A DNA stretch of 64,000 nt from an uncultured bacterium (GTDB lineage Bacteria; Babelota; Babeliae; Babelales; RVW-14): NCBI GenBank assembly GCA_963759805.1, contig CAVXAT010000008.1:64001-128000 (forward strand), read 5' to 3'. This document shows, piece after piece, positions 9,481-18,877 of the stretch. The notes under the pieces are model-generated. The model was not told the DNA's origin. It did not search any database and saw only the letters and a list, made by a program, of their open reading frames with translations. A program made the translations under genes and the position numbers. The number at the start of each line of letters is the position of its first letter. Positions within the stretch are counted from its first letter, which is position 1.

Positions 9481-11970
9481 ATGACTATATCTTGCCGTTT
9501 ATACATTTTGATTATCTTTTCATTATTGAATTTTTGGACGCAAGACACTTATGCTAATCTCAAATTTTCAAATCCTAGCTCAGTTATTGCAATGTATCCG
9601 ACAAATTCCTTGCTTAAAATTACAAATGTCAGTAAGGTTACAGGCTGGTCAGAGCAGTCAATAGTAAAGGCATTTGGAAATAATGCACCATCACAATGGG
9701 TTGAAGGATATACAGATAATGTAATAATAGCTCAGACTGGTGGGACGGCAGTACCACACACAAATTTAATTTATTCGGACAGTAATGCCATAAACAGCCT
9801 TGACCCACTTGTAATTAATAACAGCAATGCTGTTGTTTATCTAAATGTTGCGGTCAGAACTGACAGCAATGCCTTTGCTTACGGCATCAGGAACAATAGT
9901 AACGCTATCATATACTTAAACCAGATAACCGGTGAACTCTCAATTCACAACAGTAATGCTATTATTGCTCTTAATAATACCGTCAGAACTGACAGCAATG
10001 CCTTTGCTTACGGCATCAAGAACAACAGCAACACACTGTTAGCATTAAACCGTACAACTTCAAATGCGCTTCTCTTTAGTAACAGAAACAACTCCAATGC
10101 AATCGTCAAACTGGGTGTAACCGAAAGAACTAATTCAAACGCTTTTGCTTACGGCATAACGAACAACTCGAATGCAATAACCAAGCTTGACATAACTGAG
10201 AGAACAAATTCCAATGCCTTTGCTTACGGCATCAAGAACAACAGCAACACACTGTTAGCCTTAAACCGTACAACTTCAAATGCTCTTCTCTTTAGTAACA
10301 GAAACAACTCCAATGCAATCGTCAAACTGGGTGTAACCGAAAGAACTAATTCAAACGCTTTTGCTTACGGCATAACGAACAACTCGAATGCAATAACCAA
10401 GCTTGACATAACTGAGAGAACAAATTCCAATGCCTTTGCTTACGGCATCAAGAACAACAGCAACACACTGTTAGCCTTAAACCGTACAACTTCAAATGCT
10501 CTTCTCTTCGGTGATCGAAACAACTCAAATGCGATAATAAATCTTGGTGTAACCGATAGAACAAACTCCAATGCCTTTGCCTACGGAATCAAGAACAACA
10601 GTAATGCCATTATCAAATTAAACCAGATTACCGGCGAGCTCTCTATTAATAACAGTAACGCCATCGTTTCTTGGATTAAGAGCACCAGTAATTCTGTTGT
10701 CAGCCTTGATTCTAGAGAAACAAATTTAGAAAATACTGTCAGAACTGACAGCAATGCCTTTGCTTACGGAATCAGGAACAATAGCAACGCTATCGTATAC
10801 TTAAACCAGATAACCGGTGAACTCTCAATTCACAACAGTAATGCTATTATTGCTCTTAATAATACCGTCAGAACTGACAGCAATGCCTTTGCTTACGGCA
10901 TCAGGAACAATAGTAACGCTATCGTATACTTAAACCAGATAACCGGTGAACTCTCAATTCACAACAGTAATGCTATTGTAAAAATTAATGCAGAGATGAT
11001 AACCATAAATGGACCGGGTGTAACTCAAATTAGTACCCCTACATATACTATGTTGTATGACATTTATTTGAGTACAGACCATACACTAAATATCGCAAAC
11101 AGTTGTGTGCTTGATGGCAACGGACACATGATAAATTTTGCAAAAGATAGTCCAAATATTTTCACAACAGGGATGAATAGTAACGTCATTCTTAACAATG
11201 TTGTTCTGAAAAACTTTGATGACTCATCAGTGCAACTGGGCGCCGGTGCCACATTAACATTTGGCGACGGATGCAGAATTGATCTTGCAGATGAGCAGAC
11301 AATGTCCATGCCATGGATATTCAGCGGAAATTCTGCAATCAATGGTTACGGCAACCCTCTTGATCTTGGTACACAAAGCATCCAAATCATGCAAAGTGGA
11401 ACCTTGGCGATAGAAAACCTTCTCCTGAGTGGCCTTGTAGACAACAATGTACGATGCTTAGGTCCAAACGCAAATATTACATTCAAGAATGATACATTAC
11501 AAATTACGGGCGATTACAGCTTTACGGCTGGGTCTCTGATATTCCAAGACGAAGTTGAAATCAAGTCTAATAATGAGCTTTCACTTTCAAATGAATTTAT
11601 TTACGCATCTGATCAAATATCGACAATAAACAGTTACTCAAGATTGAAATTGGATTATGGCGTGTTCTTCTATTATGCACCAAGTGTTGTGAGTAGAAAT
11701 CTAATTGCAATGCAAGATATTTCTTCAGAGTTATATTTGAATGGATGCGCATTGGCAACATCATCAGTCGGAATGTGTTTAATAAAAGGAACATTGACCG
11801 TTGACAGCGACAACCAATTAATCGATGTTTTATTTGGAACACCAACAAGTCTTGCGCAAAGTATCTGTTTTGGTGATGGATTTGCAGCTGATGACTTGGC
11901 AATAAACATACTCCCAGGCGGGCAATTGGATATAACCAATGGAATACTTGATTACCAAAACGTAAATTAA
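9481..11970 (+). CDS. Exported Ser/Asn-repeat stalk protein with C-terminal 'carrier' domain lacking a propeller insert
   Basis: Signal-peptide-like N-terminus (..FWTQDTYA); ~400 aa of NSNA repeats; C-terminal domain resembles the carrier modules at 28-47 kb (SELYLNGC, SICFGDG..DLAINILPGGQLDITNGILDY). Confidence 0.8.
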   Translation: MTISCRLYILIIFSLLNFWTQDTYANLKFSNPSSVIAMYPTNSLLKITNVSKVTGWSEQSIVKAFGNNAPSQWVEGYTDNVIIAQTGGTAVPHTNLIYSDSNAINSLDPLVINNSNAVVYLNVAVRTDSNAFAYGIRNNSNAIIYLNQITGELSIHNSNAIIALNNTVRTDSNAFAYGIKNNSNTLLALNRTTSNALLFSNRNNSNAIVKLGVTERTNSNAFAYGITNNSNAITKLDITERTNSNAFAYGIKNNSNTLLALNRTTSNALLFSNRNNSNAIVKLGVTERTNSNAFAYGITNNSNAITKLDITERTNSNAFAYGIKNNSNTLLALNRTTSNALLFGDRNNSNAIINLGVTDRTNSNAFAYGIKNNSNAIIKLNQITGELSINNSNAIVSWIKSTSNSVVSLDSRETNLENTVRTDSNAFAYGIRNNSNAIVYLNQITGELSIHNSNAIIALNNTVRTDSNAFAYGIRNNSNAIVYLNQITGELSIHNSNAIVKINAEMITINGPGVTQISTPTYTMLYDIYLSTDHTLNIANSCVLDGNGHMINFAKDSPNIFTTGMNSNVILNNVVLKNFDDSSVQLGAGATLTFGDGCRIDLADEQTMSMPWIFSGNSAINGYGNPLDLGTQSIQIMQSGTLAIENLLLSGLVDNNVRCLGPNANITFKNDTLQITGDYSFTAGSLIFQDEVEIKSNNELSLSNEFIYASDQISTINSYSRLKLDYGVFFYYAPSVVSRNLIAMQDISSELYLNGCALATSSVGMCLIKGTLTVDSDNQLIDVLFGTPTSLAQSICFGDGFAADDLAINILPGGQLDITNGILDYQNVN
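9780..10980 (+). repeat. Intragenic tandem repeat: 11/14-aa SN units with a 216-bp (72-aa) super-repeat
   Basis: aacaacagcaacacactgttagc recurs at 10021, 10237 and 10453 (period 216); unit lengths 14+11+14+11+11+11. Confidence 0.9.
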
Positions 11971-12035
11971 TTTAACAAGATCAGACAAAAAATTCGAGCC
12001 ACCAGAATTGGTTCATGAGTATCGGAGCAATTACG

Positions 12036-12647
12036 ATGTCAAAAGAGATAGAGATAAAAATCAAGTTAGATAACAGCCAGGTAGAACAGTTTAAAAAGTG
12101 GCTTATCCAGCATGCAAAATTTATGGATAAACTGCAAATTATTGATTATTACCTGGATAATCCTAAAAAAAGTTTTTACAAAGTTAGCCCTCAAGGGTTC
12201 AAGGATCCTCTCGAGTTTTGGCGCGTCAGACAAATCGATAATGTTTATTTCTTATGTAACAAAAAAAGAGTAATTGATGAAACCGGAAAAACTGTAAGTG
12301 TTGAGGAAAACGAAGCTGTAACACCAGAAGGAGAAGCCATTTTACAAATTTTTAAGAAACGCGGATTTACTGACCAAATTATTATTTATAAAACAAGAGA
12401 AATTTTCCAATACGAGGATTTTGAAATTGTTTTAGATTATGTTAAAAAATTGGGGGAATTTGTCGAAATCGAATTAAAATCGGACGAACAAGACCCAATC
12501 CAAGGGAAAAAACTAATTTATGACTTGTTAAAAAAAATCGGGCTTACAGAGTTTATTCAATTTGACCGCGGATATCTTTGTATGATTTTAAACGCTGGAT
12601 ACAACTTTGGCGAAAAAGTAAATTTAAACAATACAGGCCAGAATTAA
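12036..12647 (+). CDS. cyaB: CYTH domain protein (class IV adenylate cyclase / triphosphate tunnel metalloenzyme family)
   Basis: N-terminal EIEIK (EXEXK), DYYL, KTREIF, LDYVKKLGEFVEIE; GGAG RBS before ATG 12036. Confidence 0.8.
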   Translation: MSKEIEIKIKLDNSQVEQFKKWLIQHAKFMDKLQIIDYYLDNPKKSFYKVSPQGFKDPLEFWRVRQIDNVYFLCNKKRVIDETGKTVSVEENEAVTPEGEAILQIFKKRGFTDQIIIYKTREIFQYEDFEIVLDYVKKLGEFVEIELKSDEQDPIQGKKLIYDLLKKIGLTEFIQFDRGYLCMILNAGYNFGEKVNLNNTGQN

Positions 12648-12668
12648 CTGGCCTATAATTTTTACCGC

Positions 12669-12992
12669 TTACTTTTCAAAATAGCTTTGAATCTTACTTT
12701 TCAGCGTATCTTTATTCATAAACCCAGTTTCTCTTCCAATCACAACTCCATTCTTAATAAATAAAAATGTTGGAATAGACGAAACATTATGCTTAACCGC
12801 TATTTCACGTTCCTCATCAATGTTGACTTTGGCAAATTTGTACTTGATAAACAGTTCTGCTGCCACCTCATCCAAAACAGGTGACATCATCTTGCAAGGC
12901 CCGCACCAGGTTGCGTAAAAATCAACTACGACAGGTTGTGCCGACTTCATAATTTCTTGTTCAAAATTTTGAGTTGTTGCTATCTTAACCAT
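12669..12992 (-). CDS. trxA: Thioredoxin
   Basis: VVDFYATWCGPCK and SIPT motifs, 107 aa. Confidence 0.95.
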   Translation of the reverse strand: MVKIATTQNFEQEIMKSAQPVVVDFYATWCGPCKMMSPVLDEVAAELFIKYKFAKVNIDEEREIAVKHNVSSIPTFLFIKNGVVIGRETGFMNKDTLKSKIQSYFEK

Positions 12993-13080
12993 ATCAAAAC
13001 TCCTCTTAATAAAGTTGAGGACTAATCAAATAAACAAAATCTAAGGCTAGTATAGTAAATATGGCATGAAATTGCACCTG

Positions 13081-15177
13081 CTAATTCACCTGTCCGATAT
13101 AGTCAACAAAATCAGGGTACTGTTCTTGTGGAATCTGCGGTTTTTCTACCGCAGTCCAGTCGTTTGTTTTTGGTTCAACAAGCCGAGAATACCGATTGAA
13201 CCAAACCCCATTGTGATTATTTAAAATATTTTTTATCCATTCATACGATTTTTTATCGGTTATTTTTGAAAGCAGTAAAACACTTGAATGGGTCGCATTT
13301 ATTCTGTTGTCATCAAACCATTTTTGGTGATTTAAATACTCTGCATTAAAAGAAAAAAGATGTACCGGTTTTTTGTCGGTATTTAGTCCTTTGTATAATC
13401 CCTTATAAAACCAGTTTATTAAAATATTTGGCATATAACAGGCAATGATACAGTCATTAATTTTATTATCAAAGGCCTGTTTAAGCTTATTTCCAATTTC
13501 AATTGCTTGATTTTCAAGGAAATCAAAGTATTTTGTGCCCATTTTTTTATCAATTAAAAACTGTACCATTTCTGCAACCTTCATTTGCTGCATTTGTAAA
13601 TTATTTTTACGTAAGAATAAATTAAAATTACGGTTATTAAAGCCCATGGTTGAGAAGAATGTTCCTGTTGTTTTTCGACAGTACATTTCAAGATCAATCA
13701 TTATTCCTGAGATAGGAATCCCATTACATATTTCAGGATTATTCCATTGCTCTACCAACTTTTCAATCGGAACCTCTATTTCGTTATGCCAGAAATTTTG
13801 ATCTACTGGATCAGGTATGTCACCGTATGCATTGTCATAAACATCATGAGCACAGGGTTTGGGTAAATTTGGCTCATAAATATTATTTGTTATTTCAAAT
13901 CCAATTAAAATCTTTGGACCTGCCTGGTTTGAGCTGATGACTGCGGTTTTTAACTTCTTTGTAAATAAAGCAATTGTTTCTATTAATTTTTTTTCTCCGT
14001 CAGCCTTGCGTGCAATTGGACTGTAAAACATGTTTGGATTTAAACTTATCCAAAGGGCATCAAGCTTAGACTTTATAATAAAGTCAATTAACTTGTCTTG
14101 CTGTAGCCTTTGATTTGCGATTTTATCATCCTGTTGAGTTGATGTTAGTTTTGAATCGAGCTGAATGGGTTCAAAAACATTTAGTTCCATCCACGCAGTC
14201 TTTCTCAATGGATAGTTTTCGTTGCGACTTATTTTTTTGCCAAAGTTTTCAATGGCATCACTGCTTTGCACCTGTGTTGATGTAACAACACTGTCCAAAG
14301 CTTTAGACGACGGAATTTGGTTGATCATATCTCTTATTCCAACCAACATCTCTTTTCGTAAACTGAAATCATTAGGACAGAAATGGAAACTCTCCATAAT
14401 TCCCGAAAAAGTAAGTATTGTTTGATTCGATATAAAAACATGATTTTGTTTAATCGGATTGAACCAGTAAATTCCATAAGGCATGGTATTTACCACCGGG
14501 TCTAGATATTTTCTGATAATTGGAAGAGCTTTTAAATATTCGCAAGACTCACCCAAAAGCTGCGTTATCTTTGTTGAGTAAAAACCTACACCACCATGCG
14601 GTTGACTTAGTGTTGTTTGATATTGCAATGGCCTACTCTCAGGCGGTCTTGTTAAGAAAGCATTTGCCAATGTTATAAAATTTTCAACTTTCTTATCCCC
14701 CAACACTTTATTATTTGTTTCAATTCCCATTGGGTTAAAAATAGGTGCAAATTTTTCAACCAGATTTATTTGCGGATTAATATTAAGAGATGGAAAGATT
14801 AGGCCTACCAGTTTATTCGGTTTTTGACAAAAATTGTTGAGCATCGTAAGAATTTTTTTAGCCACCGGCGACGTGTCTATTGATTTTAAAAACTCGATTC
14901 CAATTATGAAAAATGTCGCTTGGGCTGATGGATCCAAATCTTGCCCATCTAAGTCCATAATTTGATCAAAACCAAGATATTTAACATCCCAATTGGCTTC
15001 TTTCAAAATCTGGATAAACGGATAATACAAAAAAGCCTCGCGATGTGTCGAATCTATTATTAAAAATTCTCTGTTTACAGATTCTCTATTTGCCGCTGGT
15101 ATTTCTGCCCAGGTATTTTTGCTGGCAAAAATCATGAAAATCAAAATAAATATTCTTGAAATACTAAAACTTTTCAT
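13081..15177 (-). CDS. Exported hypothetical protein (possible C-terminal glycoside-hydrolase-like domain)
   Basis: 698-aa ORF with signal peptide (..KNTWA) and GAGGGGGAGG RBS; GIMIDLEMY only weakly recalls TIM-barrel hydrolases. Confidence 0.6.
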   Translation of the reverse strand: MKSFSISRIFILIFMIFASKNTWAEIPAANRESVNREFLIIDSTHREAFLYYPFIQILKEANWDVKYLGFDQIMDLDGQDLDPSAQATFFIIGIEFLKSIDTSPVAKKILTMLNNFCQKPNKLVGLIFPSLNINPQINLVEKFAPIFNPMGIETNNKVLGDKKVENFITLANAFLTRPPESRPLQYQTTLSQPHGGVGFYSTKITQLLGESCEYLKALPIIRKYLDPVVNTMPYGIYWFNPIKQNHVFISNQTILTFSGIMESFHFCPNDFSLRKEMLVGIRDMINQIPSSKALDSVVTSTQVQSSDAIENFGKKISRNENYPLRKTAWMELNVFEPIQLDSKLTSTQQDDKIANQRLQQDKLIDFIIKSKLDALWISLNPNMFYSPIARKADGEKKLIETIALFTKKLKTAVISSNQAGPKILIGFEITNNIYEPNLPKPCAHDVYDNAYGDIPDPVDQNFWHNEIEVPIEKLVEQWNNPEICNGIPISGIMIDLEMYCRKTTGTFFSTMGFNNRNFNLFLRKNNLQMQQMKVAEMVQFLIDKKMGTKYFDFLENQAIEIGNKLKQAFDNKINDCIIACYMPNILINWFYKGLYKGLNTDKKPVHLFSFNAEYLNHQKWFDDNRINATHSSVLLLSKITDKKSYEWIKNILNNHNGVWFNRYSRLVEPKTNDWTAVEKPQIPQEQYPDFVDYIGQVN

Positions 15178-15384
15178 TGGCCCACCCTCCCCCTCAAAGA
15201 CTGCTTCTTAATTATGTAAATTATTATTTGTCATCTTTCAGTTATAATATTATTAAATTTGTTTACAAATAGTCAATGAAAGCGTTTAAATGGGAGTTTA
15301 AGTAAATGGAAAAGCTCAAAGTCTCTCTTTTTCTTAACCAAATCATGTGCTAACTTATAAACGTCAAAATTTTTATTTATAAAA

Positions 15385-15540
15385 ACACCAGTTCGATAAC
15401 TCAGCAGAATTTAAAACGCCTACGGGGAGAGACTTTTGAATTGCATATTTGTCATCCTGAACTAGTTTCAGGATGACAAATCTCTGATCGGAAGACACCT
15501 TTGGCGTCCACAGCCGTTTTTCTAATTATCGAATTGGCGT
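15385..15540. mobile_element. MITE-like element with terminal inverted repeats and an internal REP hairpin
   Basis: Ends acaccagttcgataa / ttatcgaattggcgt, with tataaaa on both flanks; internal tttgtcatcctgaa-ctag-tttcaggatgacaaa hairpin; right ~70 bp are similar to 27920-27989. Confidence 0.7.
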
Positions 15541-15572
15541 TATAAAAAATGGGATTCTTAAAGGAGATTCTT

Positions 15573-17237
15573 ATGCGTTTTTTTAAATTTAAAAAATTCA
15601 AACCCATTATTTTATTGGCTATTTTTATCTCTGCCGCTTGCTCAAAAGACAACACTGACAAAAAAACAACCGAACACGATCCTGTAATTCATTTAGCACA
15701 TCTAACAGATGGATGGTACCCGCAAGACGAAATGGCGCTAACTGAAACATTAAAAGATTTTTTCACACAAGCAAAAAAGGAGTTTAATCTAGTCGGTGAT
15801 TCACAATCAGTCAAAGGTTTAATTGTACCCCATGCAGGAATGTATTACTCGGGATTATGCGCGGCAGCAACTTATCAGTCATTACTTCTACAGGACGGGG
15901 CAAAAAATGATACATATAAAACCGTCATAATTTTGGCACCAAGCCATACCACATTCATCAATGGAATAGCATTACCCGACTATGATGTTTATAAAACAGC
16001 ACTCGGAGAGATAAAAGTTGATACACAAGCCCTGAAAATTTTAAAAAACTCAAGTTTATTTAAAATAATGAAAGAGGCACATGACAAAGAACACGCAATT
16101 GAAATTCAACTACCATTTTTGCAGCAAGTTTTGAGCAATTTTAAAATTGTGCCACTGATTGTTGGAAATTTAACCGAGGAAAATCTTGCGCTATCTGTTA
16201 AACAGTTACAAAAAATTATTGATGATAAAACATTAATTATTGTAAGTTCTGACTTTACTCATCATGGATCATCTTATGATTATAAACCATTTACGCGTGA
16301 CATTTTGGCTCAAATTAGATACCTAGATTCAGTAGCAGTTCATCTGATCTCAACTTATTCTGTACCAACTTTTGATAAATTTTTAGGAGATACCGGAACC
16401 ACAATTTGTGGCGCCAACCCAATAAGGGTCCTGATGGGACTTATATACCTTCGATCACTGGGGCCAGTTATAAATACCCGCTTAGCTTGCTACTACACAT
16501 CTGCACAACTTAGTAGTGCAAGAACCCACTTAAACTCAAATAATATTATTAGTACAAAAAAACTGCTTACCCCACTTGAAGACAAATTTGTTGATAATAG
16601 CGTTAGTTACGCGGGATTAATTTTTACTGATCAGAAAATATCTGATTTAAAAGATAAAGATCAATTTACAGATTTTGAAAAGAAATCATTACTGCGTTTA
16701 GTTAGAGATAAAATCGAAAATGAGTTTAAAACAGGGGATAATAAATTGCCTGACCATATTTTATATCCAATTCTTGCCCCTGCCTTACTAAAAACATCCG
16801 GAGCCTTTGTAACACTAAATACAAAAGATGGCAACCTGCGTGGTTGCATCGGCCGTATTATTTCCGATGCACCGCTATTCCAAACTGTTGGAGAAATGGC
16901 AATTGCTTGCGCTTTTCACGATGATCGGTTCTTGCCAGTAAAAAAAGAAGAACTTGATAATATTGTAATTGATATTACAATTCTCACACCCCCACAAAAA
17001 ATTGAAAACTATCAGGAAATTAAAATTGGGAGAGATGGAGTAGTTCTGAAGAAAATTGGAAACAATGGAGAAATTATTACATCATCAGTATTTTTACCGC
17101 AGGTTCCATCAAGTTTTGGTTGGGATTTACAAACAACTCTTGAACAGTTGAGCAGAAAGGCCGGCTTGGGGAAAGACGAATGGAAAGATAATTGCAAATT
17201 TGAAGTTTTTCAAGGTTTTGAAATCAAAGAAAGTTAA
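15573..17237 (+). CDS. amrB: AmmeMemoRadiSam protein B (Memo-like) fused to protein A (AMMECR1), with a lipoprotein-type signal
   Basis: GWYP, IVPHAGMYYSG, LAPSH, EHAIEIQLPFLQ, SSDFTH, TICG, VSYA (Memo); GAFVTL..LRGCIG, FLPQV, LSRKAGL (AMMECR1); AAGGAG RBS; lipobox-like ISAAC. Confidence 0.9.
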   Translation: MRFFKFKKFKPIILLAIFISAACSKDNTDKKTTEHDPVIHLAHLTDGWYPQDEMALTETLKDFFTQAKKEFNLVGDSQSVKGLIVPHAGMYYSGLCAAATYQSLLLQDGAKNDTYKTVIILAPSHTTFINGIALPDYDVYKTALGEIKVDTQALKILKNSSLFKIMKEAHDKEHAIEIQLPFLQQVLSNFKIVPLIVGNLTEENLALSVKQLQKIIDDKTLIIVSSDFTHHGSSYDYKPFTRDILAQIRYLDSVAVHLISTYSVPTFDKFLGDTGTTICGANPIRVLMGLIYLRSLGPVINTRLACYYTSAQLSSARTHLNSNNIISTKKLLTPLEDKFVDNSVSYAGLIFTDQKISDLKDKDQFTDFEKKSLLRLVRDKIENEFKTGDNKLPDHILYPILAPALLKTSGAFVTLNTKDGNLRGCIGRIISDAPLFQTVGEMAIACAFHDDRFLPVKKEELDNIVIDITILTPPQKIENYQEIKIGRDGVVLKKIGNNGEIITSSVFLPQVPSSFGWDLQTTLEQLSRKAGLGKDEWKDNCKFEVFQGFEIKES

Positions 17238-18431
17238 ATGACAAAATATGTAGTGATAGGTGCATCAGCGGCCGGCGTTGCTTGCGCCACAAAATTAAGA
17301 GAGCTAGATAAAGAATCTGAAATTATTATGATTGGGGCAGATGATAAATTGCCATGCAACAGGTGTCTTCTTTCAGAAATTTTATCCGGAGATAAAACAG
17401 AAAATGATATAAAAACCAAAGATTTAGATCATTTTAAAAAAGAAAATATAGAAGTGATGCTCAGCACGACTGTAACTGAAATTCACCCAAATGAAAAAGC
17501 TGTTACTTTAAATAATGGGCAAAAGCTATTTTATGATAAGCTTTTTTTGGGGGTAGGCAAGTCCGGATTCATTCCAGATGTTCCCGGTAGCAACTTGCAC
17601 GGTGTTTTTTCATTTTACGGTTTACCTGATGTAAAAGCCATTTGTGATTTTATTGATAAAAATAAAGTTAAAAATGTTGTTATAGTGGGAGCAGGCCTTA
17701 CAGGGCTTGAATGCTGCGACGCTTTAGCATCCAAAGGCCTGGCTGTGAGCCTAATTGAACGATCTAATCACGTTTTACCTCATCAAATTGATCCTAATGG
17801 CGCTAAATTTATTCAAAATTTGATGGGAAAAAATAAAGTTAAATTTTATCCGGGACAGATTGTTGAACGAATTTCATGTGCGGACAAAGCGAGCGAAAAA
17901 GTCAGCGGGGTGATAATTTCAGACCACGGTGAAATACAGGCAGACATGGTCATTTTTGCAATCGGTGGAAAAACTAACATACAACTCGCCCTTCATGCAG
18001 GAATAAACACATTACCTAGCGGCATAATCGTAAAAAATACAATGCAGACATCCAATTCAGACATTTTTGCAGGTGGAGACTGCTGCATTGTTAAGGATTT
18101 ATTAACGGGACGAGATGTGCAAAGCTGCCTATGGCCAGATGCGGTAATGCAAGGGATGACCGCTGCACACGGAATGGTTGGTGTAAAACGGGAATATCCC
18201 GGAACGCTGATAATTACCAGCTCAAATATATTTGGAACACAATTTGTGACGTGTGGACCGGTAAGCCTGCCAACATCAACGGGCGAAGAGATAATACAAA
18301 GCGAACCTAGTTTTTATCACAAATTTTTAATACATGATGGAGTACTTAAAGGCTTTATTATGGTTGGTAAAGTTGAAAATGTAGGCATTTTGCGTAAAAA
18401 ACTAATCGATAAAACAGCTTTTCAACCTTAA
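17238..18431 (+). CDS. NAD(P)/FAD-dependent oxidoreductase (NirB N-terminal / rubredoxin reductase-like)
   Basis: VVIGASAAG, VIVGAGLTGLE, MQTS..DIFAGGD. Confidence 0.85.
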   Translation: MTKYVVIGASAAGVACATKLRELDKESEIIMIGADDKLPCNRCLLSEILSGDKTENDIKTKDLDHFKKENIEVMLSTTVTEIHPNEKAVTLNNGQKLFYDKLFLGVGKSGFIPDVPGSNLHGVFSFYGLPDVKAICDFIDKNKVKNVVIVGAGLTGLECCDALASKGLAVSLIERSNHVLPHQIDPNGAKFIQNLMGKNKVKFYPGQIVERISCADKASEKVSGVIISDHGEIQADMVIFAIGGKTNIQLALHAGINTLPSGIIVKNTMQTSNSDIFAGGDCCIVKDLLTGRDVQSCLWPDAVMQGMTAAHGMVGVKREYPGTLIITSSNIFGTQFVTCGPVSLPTSTGEEIIQSEPSFYHKFLIHDGVLKGFIMVGKVENVGILRKKLIDKTAFQP

Positions 18432-18442
18432 CCAAACATTCT

Positions 18443-18871
18443 TTAATTGCGATCAAAAGCCAAGTGATCAAGATAGCTTTGTAAAATAAATGCAGCGGCA
18501 AGACTGTGATTCTGTCTTTTACTTTCAGGATCATACTTGCCGCCCTGTATTTCTGAAGCTCGCTTGCTACTCAATCTTTCATCCCATAAAATCCATTTTA
18601 TGTTTGCAAAATTAACCGTTGCAAATTCAGACTCCAGCTCTTCTTTTAATTTAACTATTTTTTTTGTTTGGTCGCTTTCGGTTCCCGAAAATGTTTTTGG
18701 GTAGCCAACAACTACCGTGCTAATCTCCATTGCACCCAATGTGTCTTTTAAAAACTGCTTAAGCTCGTCCAATTCAACCGTTTTTAATGGCTTGCATGTT
18801 ATGCCAAGAGGGTCAGAAATAGCACTGCCAACCCACTTATCCCCAAGGTCTAACGCTAATATTTTCATCAA
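18443..18871 (-). CDS. ruvX: YqgF/RuvX pre-16S rRNA nuclease
   Basis: ILALDLGDKWVGSAISD, VVGYP, WDERLSS, AAAFILQSYLD. Confidence 0.92.
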   Translation of the reverse strand: MMKILALDLGDKWVGSAISDPLGITCKPLKTVELDELKQFLKDTLGAMEISTVVVGYPKTFSGTESDQTKKIVKLKEELESEFATVNFANIKWILWDERLSSKRASEIQGGKYDPESKRQNHSLAAAFILQSYLDHLAFDRN

Positions 18872-18877
18872 ATCACC

